In this document: positions 12,001-32,024 of the stretch, in pieces | How the letters are laid out: the number at the start of each line of letters is the position of its first letter | Position numbering within the stretch: position 1 is the stretch's first letter | Origin: Malacoraja senta | Lineage: Eukaryota | Direction: 5' to 3' | DNA length: 64,000 nucleotides | Assembly (NCBI GenBank): GCA_038087875.1 | Contig: CM075985.1 | Coordinates: 14,136,001-14,200,000 of the forward strand | Program-made: the position numbers and the translations under genes | The notes under the pieces: generated by a model | Database searches by the model: none | Told to the model about the DNA's origin: nothing | The model's input: only the letters and a program-made list of their open reading frames with translations

Positions 12001-14271
12001 AATGCGGAAGTGAGGACGCCGCTGCCTAGGGAAGGAACAAAGGAGGACCCGGCGTGGGGGGACCTGCTGTGAGGAGGGGAGAAAGAACAAAGGAGGACCC
12101 GGCATGGGGTGCCGCTGGGAGGAGGACCTGGCGTGAATACTTTGTAAGCGCCCTTGATGTGGTGACTATTTGCATGCCTTGGGTATGCAAGCAAAGAATT
12201 TCACTGTGACTTGTCACATGTGACAGAGTATTCATTCATTCATTAATTTATTCAATATGTGTATTTGCATCAGTGAGCACAAGTCAGACTGCAACAAACA
12301 CAACATTTTGGAAACAGTCAGGAGGTGAAGGAGCATCATTTAATGTTTCATGTTTAAGTTCCACTTGAGTATCTTTGACCTAAATGTTTCCAGAATTTAG
12401 TCAGGTTTCCAGTATCTGTGATTTTTATTGGTATTATATGTGAAAGCAAAGTTTCAATGTTCAGGGTGGATCATTTCATCAAAAAAAATTGCTTGGTTAA
12501 GTGGATGTGTAAATACTTTTATCGTGTACTTAGTTCAAAACCCCATTAACTTTGATTTATACAGTATTGAATTGTAATGCTTTAATATCCAATTTAACTA
12601 ATGTTTTTATATTCAGATGTGGTTAATGAATTCATGATCACGGGCATGTGCTTTCTTTTCAGATGGGAAGTAATTGCTAATTTTATCAATTCACATTCAA
12701 CAAGTGGAATTAAAAGGACAGCCAAGGATGTAATCCACAAGGCTAAGAATTTACAAAAACTTGGTAGGTGCTGAGCCTTTTACTAAATCCTCCCTTAAAA
12801 TGGGTTGAGTAAAAATTTTAAGTATACAAGCAGATGTTATTTCAATTCATGTTTTATCAGTTATAGAGTAAATGATAGAGCATAAAGTAATGTGTAATTT
12901 AGAAACACCTGTTAATATTCTCCAGAATATCTTGATTATTTTTATATATTTTGAGCTTGGCTTACATGAACCATGTGATTCATAAGATCTTAAAAATGGT
13001 TAGTTTTAATGATTCTGTTTGCCCTGCAGATCCCCAACAAAAAGATGAAATAAACAAGAAAGCATTTGAAAAATTTAATAAGGAACACAGTACAGCAGCT
13101 GCAACAGCGGATAAAGTGATTCCTTCAGAGAGATTTGAGGGTAAAAGTGTGAACTACTGATTCTTTAAAACTGACCTTCTGAGCACTCATTCAAATCCAT
13201 TCTCATTAACAAATATTCAGGAGGAAGAGGAAAGTACACAGATTGAATTTAGTTATTTTTGCAGGCAGGCAAAAGCACTGTCATGACTCCTTAGCAACTA
13301 CTGATCAAAATTGTTTTAGCCTCCCATAGCAGATGTTTCACAATTTGCTGCCTCTTTCTTGCAGATGATTTTTTTTTGAACAAGGTTTGAAATTTACACG
13401 GTTTGAAAAAGTTGTAAATTTCTGTAACACTGAATCCATTGCCCCCTCATTCCACCCTGGTGATCGTACTCTGGACATCACTAACACTTAACTGCTCTCC
13501 ATCCTTTGCAGAGTAATGGATTTTTCTGGGTTTTCAAAAATGATAAAAACATTGAGCCTAGTAAACAGGTGGAGTGTAGTAGAAAAATAAGGCATTTACC
13601 ACAACTCCTTATTGGGCAATGGCTGCTGGCGTCAAAGTCTAACTGATTGTGCAGGAATGTGGTGCATGTGACATAACTTGATATATCAAATAAGGATTTC
13701 ACTAAAGAAAGTATGATGGGAGGAAAGTAAACCATGATTCTCAGATGTTTGCTTTTTGGTTACAGCAGGCATTAATTAAGGTTATTTCATGGTGCTTTAT
13801 AGTTGCGTTCATTATTGACCAAAACTTTATAACACTTTACTGATGCTTGAAGACTTTTTTTGTTAGTGCCTGGTTATGAAATTAACCCTTGGACAGCCGA
13901 AGAACAGAAGCTTTTGGAACAAGCACTAAAGACGTATCCAGTTAACACACCTGAACGATGGGAAAAAATAGCGGCTACTATTCCAGGAAGAAATAAGAAA
14001 GATTGCATGAAGAGATACAAGGTAAATATATAAGACAGGTCTTGAAGAAAGTTGTATCTTTAAATGGATGTACAAATTATATTGTTTAATGAAATGCTAC
14101 TCGGCTAATATAGACAAACTACATTAGAACACACTTATAGCTACTGTATCTTGTACTTTGCCTGTCCTGCATTGTGAAACCTTTGTTCCTTCTTAACAGG
14201 AACTTGTTGAAATGGTTAAAGCAAAGAAAGCTGCACAAGACCAAGTTAATACCACTCGACTGAAGAAATGA
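1..14271 (+). CDS. DNAJC2: DnaJ homolog subfamily C member 2 (MPP11/ZRF1), 3' part, spliced; 5' exons lie outside the window
   Basis: Exons 1-32, 2085-2206, 3380-3529, 5432-5520, 9432-9501, 11017-11198, 12663-12763, 13030-13140, 13867-14021, 14200-14271 splice in frame with GT-AG ends. The product is [29 protein letters not shown]...(SANT1) [28 protein letters not shown]...(SANT2) [29 protein letters not shown]...[23 protein letters not shown]. Confidence 0.97.
72..1012 (-). mobile_element. CR1 LINE, 5'-truncated (ORF2 C-terminus + 3' UTR)
   Basis: Frameshifted ORF2 remnants [41 protein letters not shown]...RTRGHSLRI...LWNSLP and a typical CR1 3' tail. Confidence 0.9.
1568..1842 (+). mobile_element. 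CR1 LINE 3' fragment
   Basis: [24 protein letters not shown] and the 3' UTR tail. Confidence 0.85.
2085..2206 (+). CDS. DNAJC2: DNAJC2 exon
   Basis: ttttacag acceptor; (D)[40 protein letters not shown]; donor gtaagg. Confidence 0.95.
2370..3080 (-). mobile_element. Degraded CR1 LINE ORF2 fragment
   Basis: [27 protein letters not shown] on - strand. Confidence 0.8.
3380..3529 (+). CDS. DNAJC2: DNAJC2 exon
   Basis: [50 protein letters not shown]; 150 nt, ag/gt boundaries. Confidence 0.95.
4255..4420 (-). mobile_element. Old Deu-domain (SacSINE1/AmnSINE-like) SINE remnant
   Basis: gacaactcccctgct...catgggatattttacat is the reverse complement of the Deu core seen at 33240-33600. Confidence 0.45.
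5432..5520 (+). CDS. DNAJC2: DNAJC2 exon
   Basis: [29 protein letters not shown](S); aag acceptor, gtaaat donor. Confidence 0.94.
6040..6950 (+). mobile_element. Degraded CR1 LINE ORF2 fragment and tail
   Basis: aagttcacagatgac (KFADD-like), ggaatttaatccagccaagtgc, agacctcagctgcagtac, CR1-like 3' end. Confidence 0.75.
7091..8472 (+). mobile_element. Tc1/mariner DNA transposon (IR/DR type), internally deleted and inactive
   Basis: TA TSDs at 7089-7090 and 8473-8474. ~220-bp TIRs beginning CAGTGCCCTCCATAATGTTTGGACAAAGAC. Transposase remnants [14 protein letters not shown] and [13 protein letters not shown] with stops and a deletion near 7955. Confidence 0.93.
9432..9501 (+). CDS. DNAJC2: DNAJC2 exon
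   Basis: (S)[23 protein letters not shown]; phase matches neighbouring exons. Confidence 0.93.
10862..10999 (+). mobile_element. Penelope-derived short repeat (hammerhead-type family), degraded
   Basis: gaagggtcctgacctgaaatgtc...cccgctgagttactcaagcac...taaaccagcatctacagttc; same family as 38551-38910. Confidence 0.7.
11017..11198 (+). CDS. DNAJC2: DNAJC2 exon (start of SANT1)
   Basis: [21 protein letters not shown]...[24 protein letters not shown](R). Confidence 0.94.
11790..12245 (+). mobile_element. GC-rich non-autonomous retroelement with Rex1/L2-type 3' tail
   Basis: CpG-rich body, duplicated gaacaaaggaggacccggc, 3' stem tgtcacatgtgaca and (ATTC)n tail as in the Rex1 copy at 21467. Confidence 0.6.
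12663..12763 (+). CDS. DNAJC2: DNAJC2 exon (SANT1)
   Basis: [33 protein letters not shown]. Confidence 0.95.
13030..13140 (+). CDS. DNAJC2: DNAJC2 exon
   Basis: (D)[36 protein letters not shown]. Confidence 0.95.
13867..14021 (+). CDS. DNAJC2: DNAJC2 exon (SANT2)
   Basis: [51 protein letters not shown]. Confidence 0.96.
14200..14271 (+). CDS. DNAJC2: DNAJC2 last coding exon
   Basis: [23 protein letters not shown] then TGA (14269-14271). Confidence 0.95.
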   Translation, partial: ELVEMVKAKKAAQDQVNTTRLKK

Positions 14272-14314
14272 TGATCCTAAATCCCTTTTATCATTGTGCA
14301 TGTGATTATTTGAT

Positions 14315-14320
14315 AATAAA
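14315..14320 (+). terminator. Putative polyadenylation signal of DNAJC2
   Basis: AATAAA ~45 nt after the stop, followed by T/GT-rich sequence at ~14341-14356. Confidence 0.6.
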
Positions 14321-14348
14321 ATGATAAAACCAAATATAAATGTTTTGT

Positions 14349-14354
14349 TTTATT
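14349..14354 (-). terminator. Putative polyadenylation signal of PMPCB
   Basis: tttatt on + strand is AATAAA on - strand, 17 nt after the PMPCB stop. Confidence 0.55.
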
Positions 14355-14371
14355 TCATAATAGTATAACAT

Positions 14372-25300
<10,929 letters not shown>

Positions 25301-25407
25301 CTTACCGCCGCACCACGCTCAGGCGGCGTCACTCACAACAGGCGGCTCCAATCGATGCATCGACCAAGTGCTCGGGCGCTCCGCTCGCAACTCTGCTCAT
25401 TGCACAT

Positions 25408-25575
25408 GTAGGGCGGAACTGCAGGTGCTGGTTTACACGGAAGACAGACATAAAATGCTGGAGTAACTCAGCGGGACAGGCAGCATCTCAAGAAAAAAAA
25501 CGGACCCATTCCTTCTCTTCAGAGATGCAGCCTGACCCGTTGAGTTACTGCAGCATTCTGTGTCTACCTTCGGTG
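25408..25575. mobile_element. Penelope-derived repeat, inverted pair
   Basis: agacataaaatgctggagtaactcagcgggacaggcagcatctc and its reverse complement gagatgcagcctgacccgttgagttactgcagcattctgtgtct. Confidence 0.75.
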
Positions 25576-26002
25576 CCAGTTGCATGTTGTTCTGGTTACA
25601 TTTAAAAAAGTTTAAATACATTCAAAATAATCGCACTAAATGTGAGACATGAATGATCGTAAGTGCCCAATATTTTTAATCTTATTTGGATTAGTTTTGA
25701 GACACATATATCTGACACATTATGAAAAATATTAACTTTTCCTTACTTAATAATTTGGGTATAATCATTTTGTAAGGGCCAAAAATGAAATTATAGTATT
25801 GATTTCTGATTGCACTCATTTAAACGCAAGTACTTTGCAAATTCCAAATTAAATTATTCTCAATAGAAATTATATTTTATGTAGAAACTAGATTATCAAC
25901 AAAAAATGTATCGGAATAGAATCGTGTAATATCACATTCAAGAAAATAATTTTCTGAAGGAGATTTTGAGAAGTTTATTTTTAGCAAGGACATTGTACAA
26001 AT

Positions 26003-26068
26003 CAGATTCAGATTCAATCTTTATTGTCATTGTGCAGTGTACAGTACAGAGACAACGAAATGCAGTTA
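26003..26068 (-). mobile_element. Displaced 3' tail of the Rex1 LINE at 27960-28580
   Basis: Reverse complement reads taactgcatttcgttgtctctg...caatgacaataaagattgaatctgaatctg. Confidence 0.75.
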
Positions 26069-27959
26069 TAGCCCTGTCTCACAGTGCGAGTTGACCCACG
26101 AGGTACCCCGAGCGAAAGACTCATGGTGGTGCACGAGATTCCAAGTGTATGATCAAGAGTTTAACCGAGTTCCCACAGGTATGACTCAAGTTTGCCGTTA
26201 ACTGTCATTTCTGCGATGTTCCAAGTTCGTCTCCCGAGTTAACAAGTTCCTTTCCCGAGTTACTCTTGAGCCAACTTTCAATGAAGGTCTGTTTTAATAA
26301 GCAACATCTCCATCCTGCAGATTTGAGTTAAAGATAGAATTCAGCGCGACCGCATCTATTGATGTGACCTACAAAGGGAAAATGTGCACCGTCCAGTGCC
26401 AGAGCAGTTATACTGATGATTTGTTTGAAACACACATCACGTAGTTAGAAGACCAGCAGGCAGAGGTTTGCTATATTTTAATTGCATTTACTGCCAGGTC
26501 TACACACGGGGGGGGGGGGGGGGGGGGTGGTTCAGGTTAAACTCACCCATTTGATAGAGGCAGAGGATTACGAGGATCCAGCGAGACTCGGACTGCATGG
26601 AGAGCCGAGACTGCCCCGCTGGTGGCCAACTTCCCCCTGTCCTCCGTCGCCGCTCCCAGCCGGCCGGCAGGAGCTGTGCATGGAGCCCGCCACCGGAGTC
26701 GTGTCTGACTGCCTGGGCAGCCTGAGGGAGGCAGATGCACCCTGCCCGGGGAGAGGCCGCGGAGAGACTGCGGGGGGGAGTACCTCACTCTGACTGTGAT
26801 AGGGAGAGACAGAGGCGCACACACACACACACGGTGTGGAGTTCCTCTGACTGACTGACTGTGTGTGGGTGTGGGGGGTGGGACAGAGAGAGAGACACAC
26901 ACACACACACAGGCAGCGTGGAGTACCTTTAACTGTGTGTGGGAGACAGAGGCAGACACACACACACACAACGGGCAGTGTGTACCTCAGTCTGTGTGTG
27001 TGTGTAGGGGAGAGAGAGACACAGAGACAGTGTGGACCTCTGACTGTGTATGAAGGAGAGAGGGGGAGAGAGACAGAGAGAGAGAGAGGCACAGAGGCAG
27101 TGTGGTGTACTTCGGCGTGACTGTGGGGGAGAGAGAAAGCGCACAGGACCTCGGTCTATCTGTGTGTGTGGGAGGAAAGAAAGACTAAGCAGAATACATC
27201 TTATTGTGTGTGGGGGAGAAAGAGAGAGGTGGTGGGGAGGATAAAGAGAGAAATGGGGGGAGACGTTTATACACACAAAGCAGAGTTTTACTGTGTATGT
27301 GGGAGACACAGATGGACTTACACAGATGGACTTACCTCGGTCTTACTGTGTGTGGGAGAGGGGGACAAAAAGACGTACACTCACAGAGGCAGAGTCTCTC
27401 AGCCTGTATGAGGGAGAGAGAGACACACACACACAAGGTGGATGTGAAATCTCACCTGCCTGTTTCAGTGACCGGCACCCGCCGCTAGTGAATGAAGACA
27501 CCCCCATCTGTCTCCCCCTCCTCTCCCTCCACTCTCCACCCTCTCCTCCAACCCCCTCCCTCCTCCAACCCCCCACTCCCCCCCAATTTGGAAATGTCAT
27601 CCCATCACCCATTCCTTCTCTCCAGAGATGCTGCCTGCCCGCTGAGTTAAAGAGTTCCCACGGTAGACTCACGAGTCACTAAGGTAAACGCACGGGCCAC
27701 TACGTTCTTACAACGTGTTTAAATGTTTCAAATTTTAACCTCAAGAGTACATTTTACTCGTGGAAAAGTTTAAACATGTTTGAATTTTTCCAAGAGTTAA
27801 CAAGTGTCACGGGTACCTGCCGTTAGTGCCAAGAGTCGCTAAGTTGCGTCCACGAGTTCCGACGTTCCCGCTACGTTAATCGTACGTGATTACCACGAGT
27901 TAAATTTGTTTTAAGCTCAGGGTACCTCGTGGGTCAGCTCGCACCGTGAGACAGGGGTT
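26069..27959. mobile_element. Non-autonomous PIF/Harbinger-type DNA transposon (~1.9 kb)
   Basis: TTA TSD (26066-26068, 27960-27962). ~45-bp TIRs tagccctgtctcacagtgcgagttgacccacgaggtaccccgagc / gctcagggtacctcgtgggtcagctcgcaccgtgagacaggggtt. Confidence 0.85.
26780..27440. repeat. Compound (GA)n/(CA)n/(GT)n microsatellite-minisatellite array inside the Harbinger element
   Basis: Recurring unit acctc..ctgtgtgtgggagagagagacacacacac. Confidence 0.8.
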
Positions 27960-28580
27960 TTAGCATCTCACCCAGATGAGCGAACATAGAAAAATGGAAC
28001 AATAAAATATATATATGTACAAACAGTAGCAGTAGTGCCATTTTTCTGGGGGAAGGAGTGCCCGGGGGGTGACTGGCAAGCACCAAGGTGCAAGTAGTGT
28101 AACAGCCGCAGGGAAGAAGCTGTTCCTGAACCTGCTGGTCCGGCAACGGAGAGACCTGTAGCGCCTCCCGGATGGGAGGAGGGTAAACAGTCTGTGGCTG
28201 GGGTGAGAACAGTCCTTGACGATGATGCGTGCCCTTCGCAGACATCGCTTGCTTTGGACAGACTTAATGGAGGGGAGTGAGGAACCGGTGATGCGTTGGG
28301 CAGTTTTCACCACCCTCTGCTGTGCTTTCCGGTCGGAGACAGAGCAGTTGCCATACCATACTGTGATACAGTTGGTAAGGATGCTCTCGATGGTGCAGCG
28401 GTAGAAGTTCACCAGAATCTGAGGAGACAGATGGACCTTCTTTAGTCTCCTCAGGAAGAAGAGATGCTGGTGAGCCTTCTTGACAAGTGTTGAGGTATTG
28501 TGGGTCCAAGAGAGGTCATCAGAGATGTTGACCCCCAGAAACCTGAAGCTGGAAACACGCTCCACCTCCGTCCCGTTAAT
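27960..28580 (-). mobile_element. Rex1/Babar-clade LINE, 5'-truncated
   Basis: ERVSSFRFLGVNISDDLSWTHN..KKAHQHLFFLRRLKK..FYRCTIESILTNCITVWYG..LLPSGRRYRSL..FRNSFFP. Confidence 0.88.
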
Positions 28581-28719
28581 CTTGAGGTTTTATATGTTTG
28601 TTTTAAACCTCTTCCTAACCTGTAGACTTTCGGAGAATCTCAAAGGCACATCACGGAGGTTAGCTAGATCTATTATTTTAATCTTATCTCTGGGCAAAGT
28701 TAACAATGCAATTTATAAA

Positions 28720-31100
28720 ATACAAATCCCGGGCGGCGGTGATCGGGTTTGGAGCTGGTTGGCTTGCAGCACAAGCGTGACATTCAGTTACCGGATGGCT
28801 ACAAAAGCACGTAACGCGGGGACTTATTCCTGAGAACTTCGCGAACTGCCATCGTTTGTTCTGCCTTTCGACCTCATGGAGTTCCCATTATATATTAACC
28901 AGACGGAACGGGATTAACGCACCAATGCTGGGGATCTGAGAGGCAATGGTGACAGAGACGTCTCTGGCGGTCTGTCGGCCTCTCTCGGCGGTTTGTATTG
29001 CAGCAGCGATTAATTTGCTGAGGCTGATCCACAGATACTGGAAGTGCGGCGAGACAGACCCAAGAGCCAGCAAGGGGGAGGTCTATCCCAGGTGAATTTC
29101 TAACCTTTCATCTCATTCCCCTGATCCACGTTGGCACCAAACCTCGCCCTCGACATACCTTTGGCGCCTTTTAATTCAATAAATGATCTCATTCTTTTTT
29201 GTTAGTCATGCGGCCTTAGCCAATCTTTTTGCAATCGAGCAGCATGGACTTAAAATCATTAAGGGGAACGAGAAATTAAACGGAGATCCAGAAACTTGAA
29301 TAATTAGTTTTTAATATTTTTCTTAACGGTTCGAACTTTTTGGATACATTTTTGGTGTTAATCCAAACTACAATGGCCTTTGTTATTTTTTGCCCCGTCA
29401 GGCCAGGATCCGGTGCTAATCCCTGCGGTTTGACACTGGGTGCCGGGTCTGGGCGGAGTTTCAACAAAGGAAATTATTGTAATACAGGTTTGTCACGAGT
29501 AAACTGATCAGCAGCGAAACCCCTCCGACCACCGCTCCACCCACCGGAATCATTGAAGAGAATATTTGTTTTACCAAATTGGAAGGATCTAAAATTAAGT
29601 CGGACTATAGGTTACCTAAACCGAAGCCCCTCTATTTCCATTGGTTTTACGGGAGCGGCGCAGCCTGTCACCATTCTCCAACTTCACCAAACATAGAGGC
29701 GATGCCGAGAGAGAGTGGAGGAGCTCCGGCGTCCCCAGGAGCCTCAGGGTAACGAAACTCCCAGGCTTTCTCTGTTTATATTTTAATATTTTCAATGTAA
29801 TCGGTTGCTGCTAACTGCCTACAAATCAAACATGCCCAACAGTAACCGTGTCTATACAGTGAAGTGAAAGGTTGTTGCTTTTATCCAGCTCGATATTCGC
29901 AAGCGTTTTCAGGGATATATCGGAAACAAAATTAACCAGTGTATAAGTTTCCACACGGACAGCTTTTCTTAACGCAAACTTTAATCTTGTTTTCCATTCC
30001 ATCTGAATGCAGTTGGTAAAATGCAGAACCTCACAGCTCAAATAAACCTCCGAGTGGCTTGGTGCTGCAATGGTGTAAAGGCCGGCGGCGAATTCCAGCG
30101 ATTAATTTGGGCTACTCGGTTGCTTATTTTAGTGGAGGGTGCTGGATTTAGGAGGAGAAATCTCTCTTTGTGCCCCCGACAGAGCAGCTTTGAGTAATGT
30201 GCCCGTGGGACTGGCTGGCTGATATCAACGCCGCGTCACGTGTCGGACCAGGGCAGGGGTTGACCTCCCCCCGGCTTCGCCTTGTTCCTCTGTCACCTCA
30301 TCCGTTGGCGGGCGGGCGGGCTGGCTGCAACCACACGAGGTAAACTATGCAGTAAGTGGATCAAGTGCGAGAGCACGGGGCCGCCGCCCCCTCCCCCAAC
30401 ATCCACCTCCACCTCTCGGAGTCTGTCCCAAAACACAAACACATCGGTAACATCCACAATGTTTCCCCTTTCCCTCCAGTGCTCCGTCCTGCTGCTTGTG
30501 GAGCTAACAGTTCCCCATAGCATAGATACAACGACGTAAGATCAAAAACTGCACCCTGGCTTTGGGGTGAACTTTTATGTTATTGTTGTTGTTGATCACC
30601 CGCTTACTGCGATAATTGACCCGGGTGGCGAGTATCATCTTACGTTATTGTTGAACAATCGGAAAGTTTGTGTGTATGTGTGTTTATAGCTTCACGTTGT
30701 ACACCGCGTAGTGTCGTGGGCACTGCTTCGTTAGGAGACTGGATGGTGTGAAGACCCACACAAGAAGGAACACCGGTCTTTGGAATATATCAGCGTTACA
30801 TTCGTGCCGCTGACAATTTAAAGTGCATTATTTGTCATTGTTGAAAACAAATCTAGAATTTTCCGGGTTTTTTTCCCAGACATATATTGATCGTTCGGCT
30901 TCTGAGCGGTGTTTTGTTTTAAAGACGGCCAGAGTTGTTCAGCAAGGTTACCTCAATGCCATCTACACCGCAGTTTTGGCCGTTGATTAGTATTGATATT
31001 GACGGCGTGCGATAGATACACGGCCGACAGACCACTCGTGCCATCGGCTGCCTTGGTGCGGGTCACACTGAGGGTCGGGGTGCAAAAAAACAGGGGGGGG
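28720..31100 (+). promoter_or_regulatory. CpG-rich region, probable NAPEPLD promoter and non-coding first exon(s)
   Basis: Non-repetitive CpG-rich sequence upstream of the ATG-containing exon, peaking at ~30050-30420; donor-like sites gag|gtaaac (~30339), gca|gtaagt (~30352) and gac|gtaaga (~30536). Exact TSS cannot be determined. Confidence 0.55.
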
Positions 31101-31727
31101 GGGGTAATTAGAACATGGAGTAATCACCCACCAAAAATAACACATTTAATAATAATAATAATAATAAATTTTATTTATGGGCGCCTTTCAAAAGTCTCAA
31201 GGACACCTTACAAAGTTTAACAAATAGTGTAAAAACATGTAAGCAGAATAAAATAAATAGTAAAGACATCACGAGTACACAAATTAAAGACAGAATTCAA
31301 TCCGAAAGCTTCCTTCACGTCAAGGCGATGATTGGACACCGTTGAAATATGACTTTTAGTATGGCTGTTTGTGGAGCACCAGTTACAAGGTGGCGGCTGT
31401 GAAGTGCCGATTACTTAATGGAAAGGGCTGGGGTAGTATAAGGGGGATCAGTAGGGTTCTCATTGAACCGTGGACCATGTAGATTGATGGCGAACTCAAA
31501 ATTGGGAATGATAAGGTCATTAACTGAAAGTAAAAGTCTTTCTGAAACTACTTATCACAGTGACAAATTAACGTTAATTCATCAGAGAACATAACGAGAG
31601 TGGTGTGAAGCTGGGATTTGTGTTTTGCCTTTGCAGATATTTTTTATCAGAAACCTCAGGGATCTTGAACTCCATTTTTAATATATACTTTGCCTTGTTT
31701 ACCCTGGAATATAGAGCTGATGGGAGC

Positions 31728-32024
31728 ATGGAAGTGAACACTGAAGAACACGTTTCTAATTCCAGGAGTCATTATCCCAAGGAAGTTGTGAAGAAAAGGC
31801 CGGGAAATGTGAGTCGAGAGTCGAGAGGGAGCACTTCATCCCGATCCTCCAGGAAAAGCTTCAGATTGGACTACCGTTTGGAAGAGGATGTTACAAAATC
31901 CAAGAAAGGCAAAGATGGCAGATTTATCAATCCGTGGCCAACATGGAACGCTCCTGCTTTCGGCAAAGTGTTGAAATTTGCTGTGATGGAAAAGGACCAC
32001 ACAAACATCCCAAGTTCAAAAATG
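31728..32024 (+). CDS. NAPEPLD: NAPEPLD first coding exon
   Basis: agcATGG Kozak; MEVNTEEH...[10 protein letters not shown]...IPSSKM; donor gtgagt; acceptor at ~31714/31716. Confidence 0.92.

Noticed and set aside
26482-27682. Cluster of overlapping 60-170 aa ORFs on both strands
   Set aside because: They derive from GA/CA microsatellites and GC-rich cargo within the Harbinger element; no transposase or Myb-like motifs are visible.
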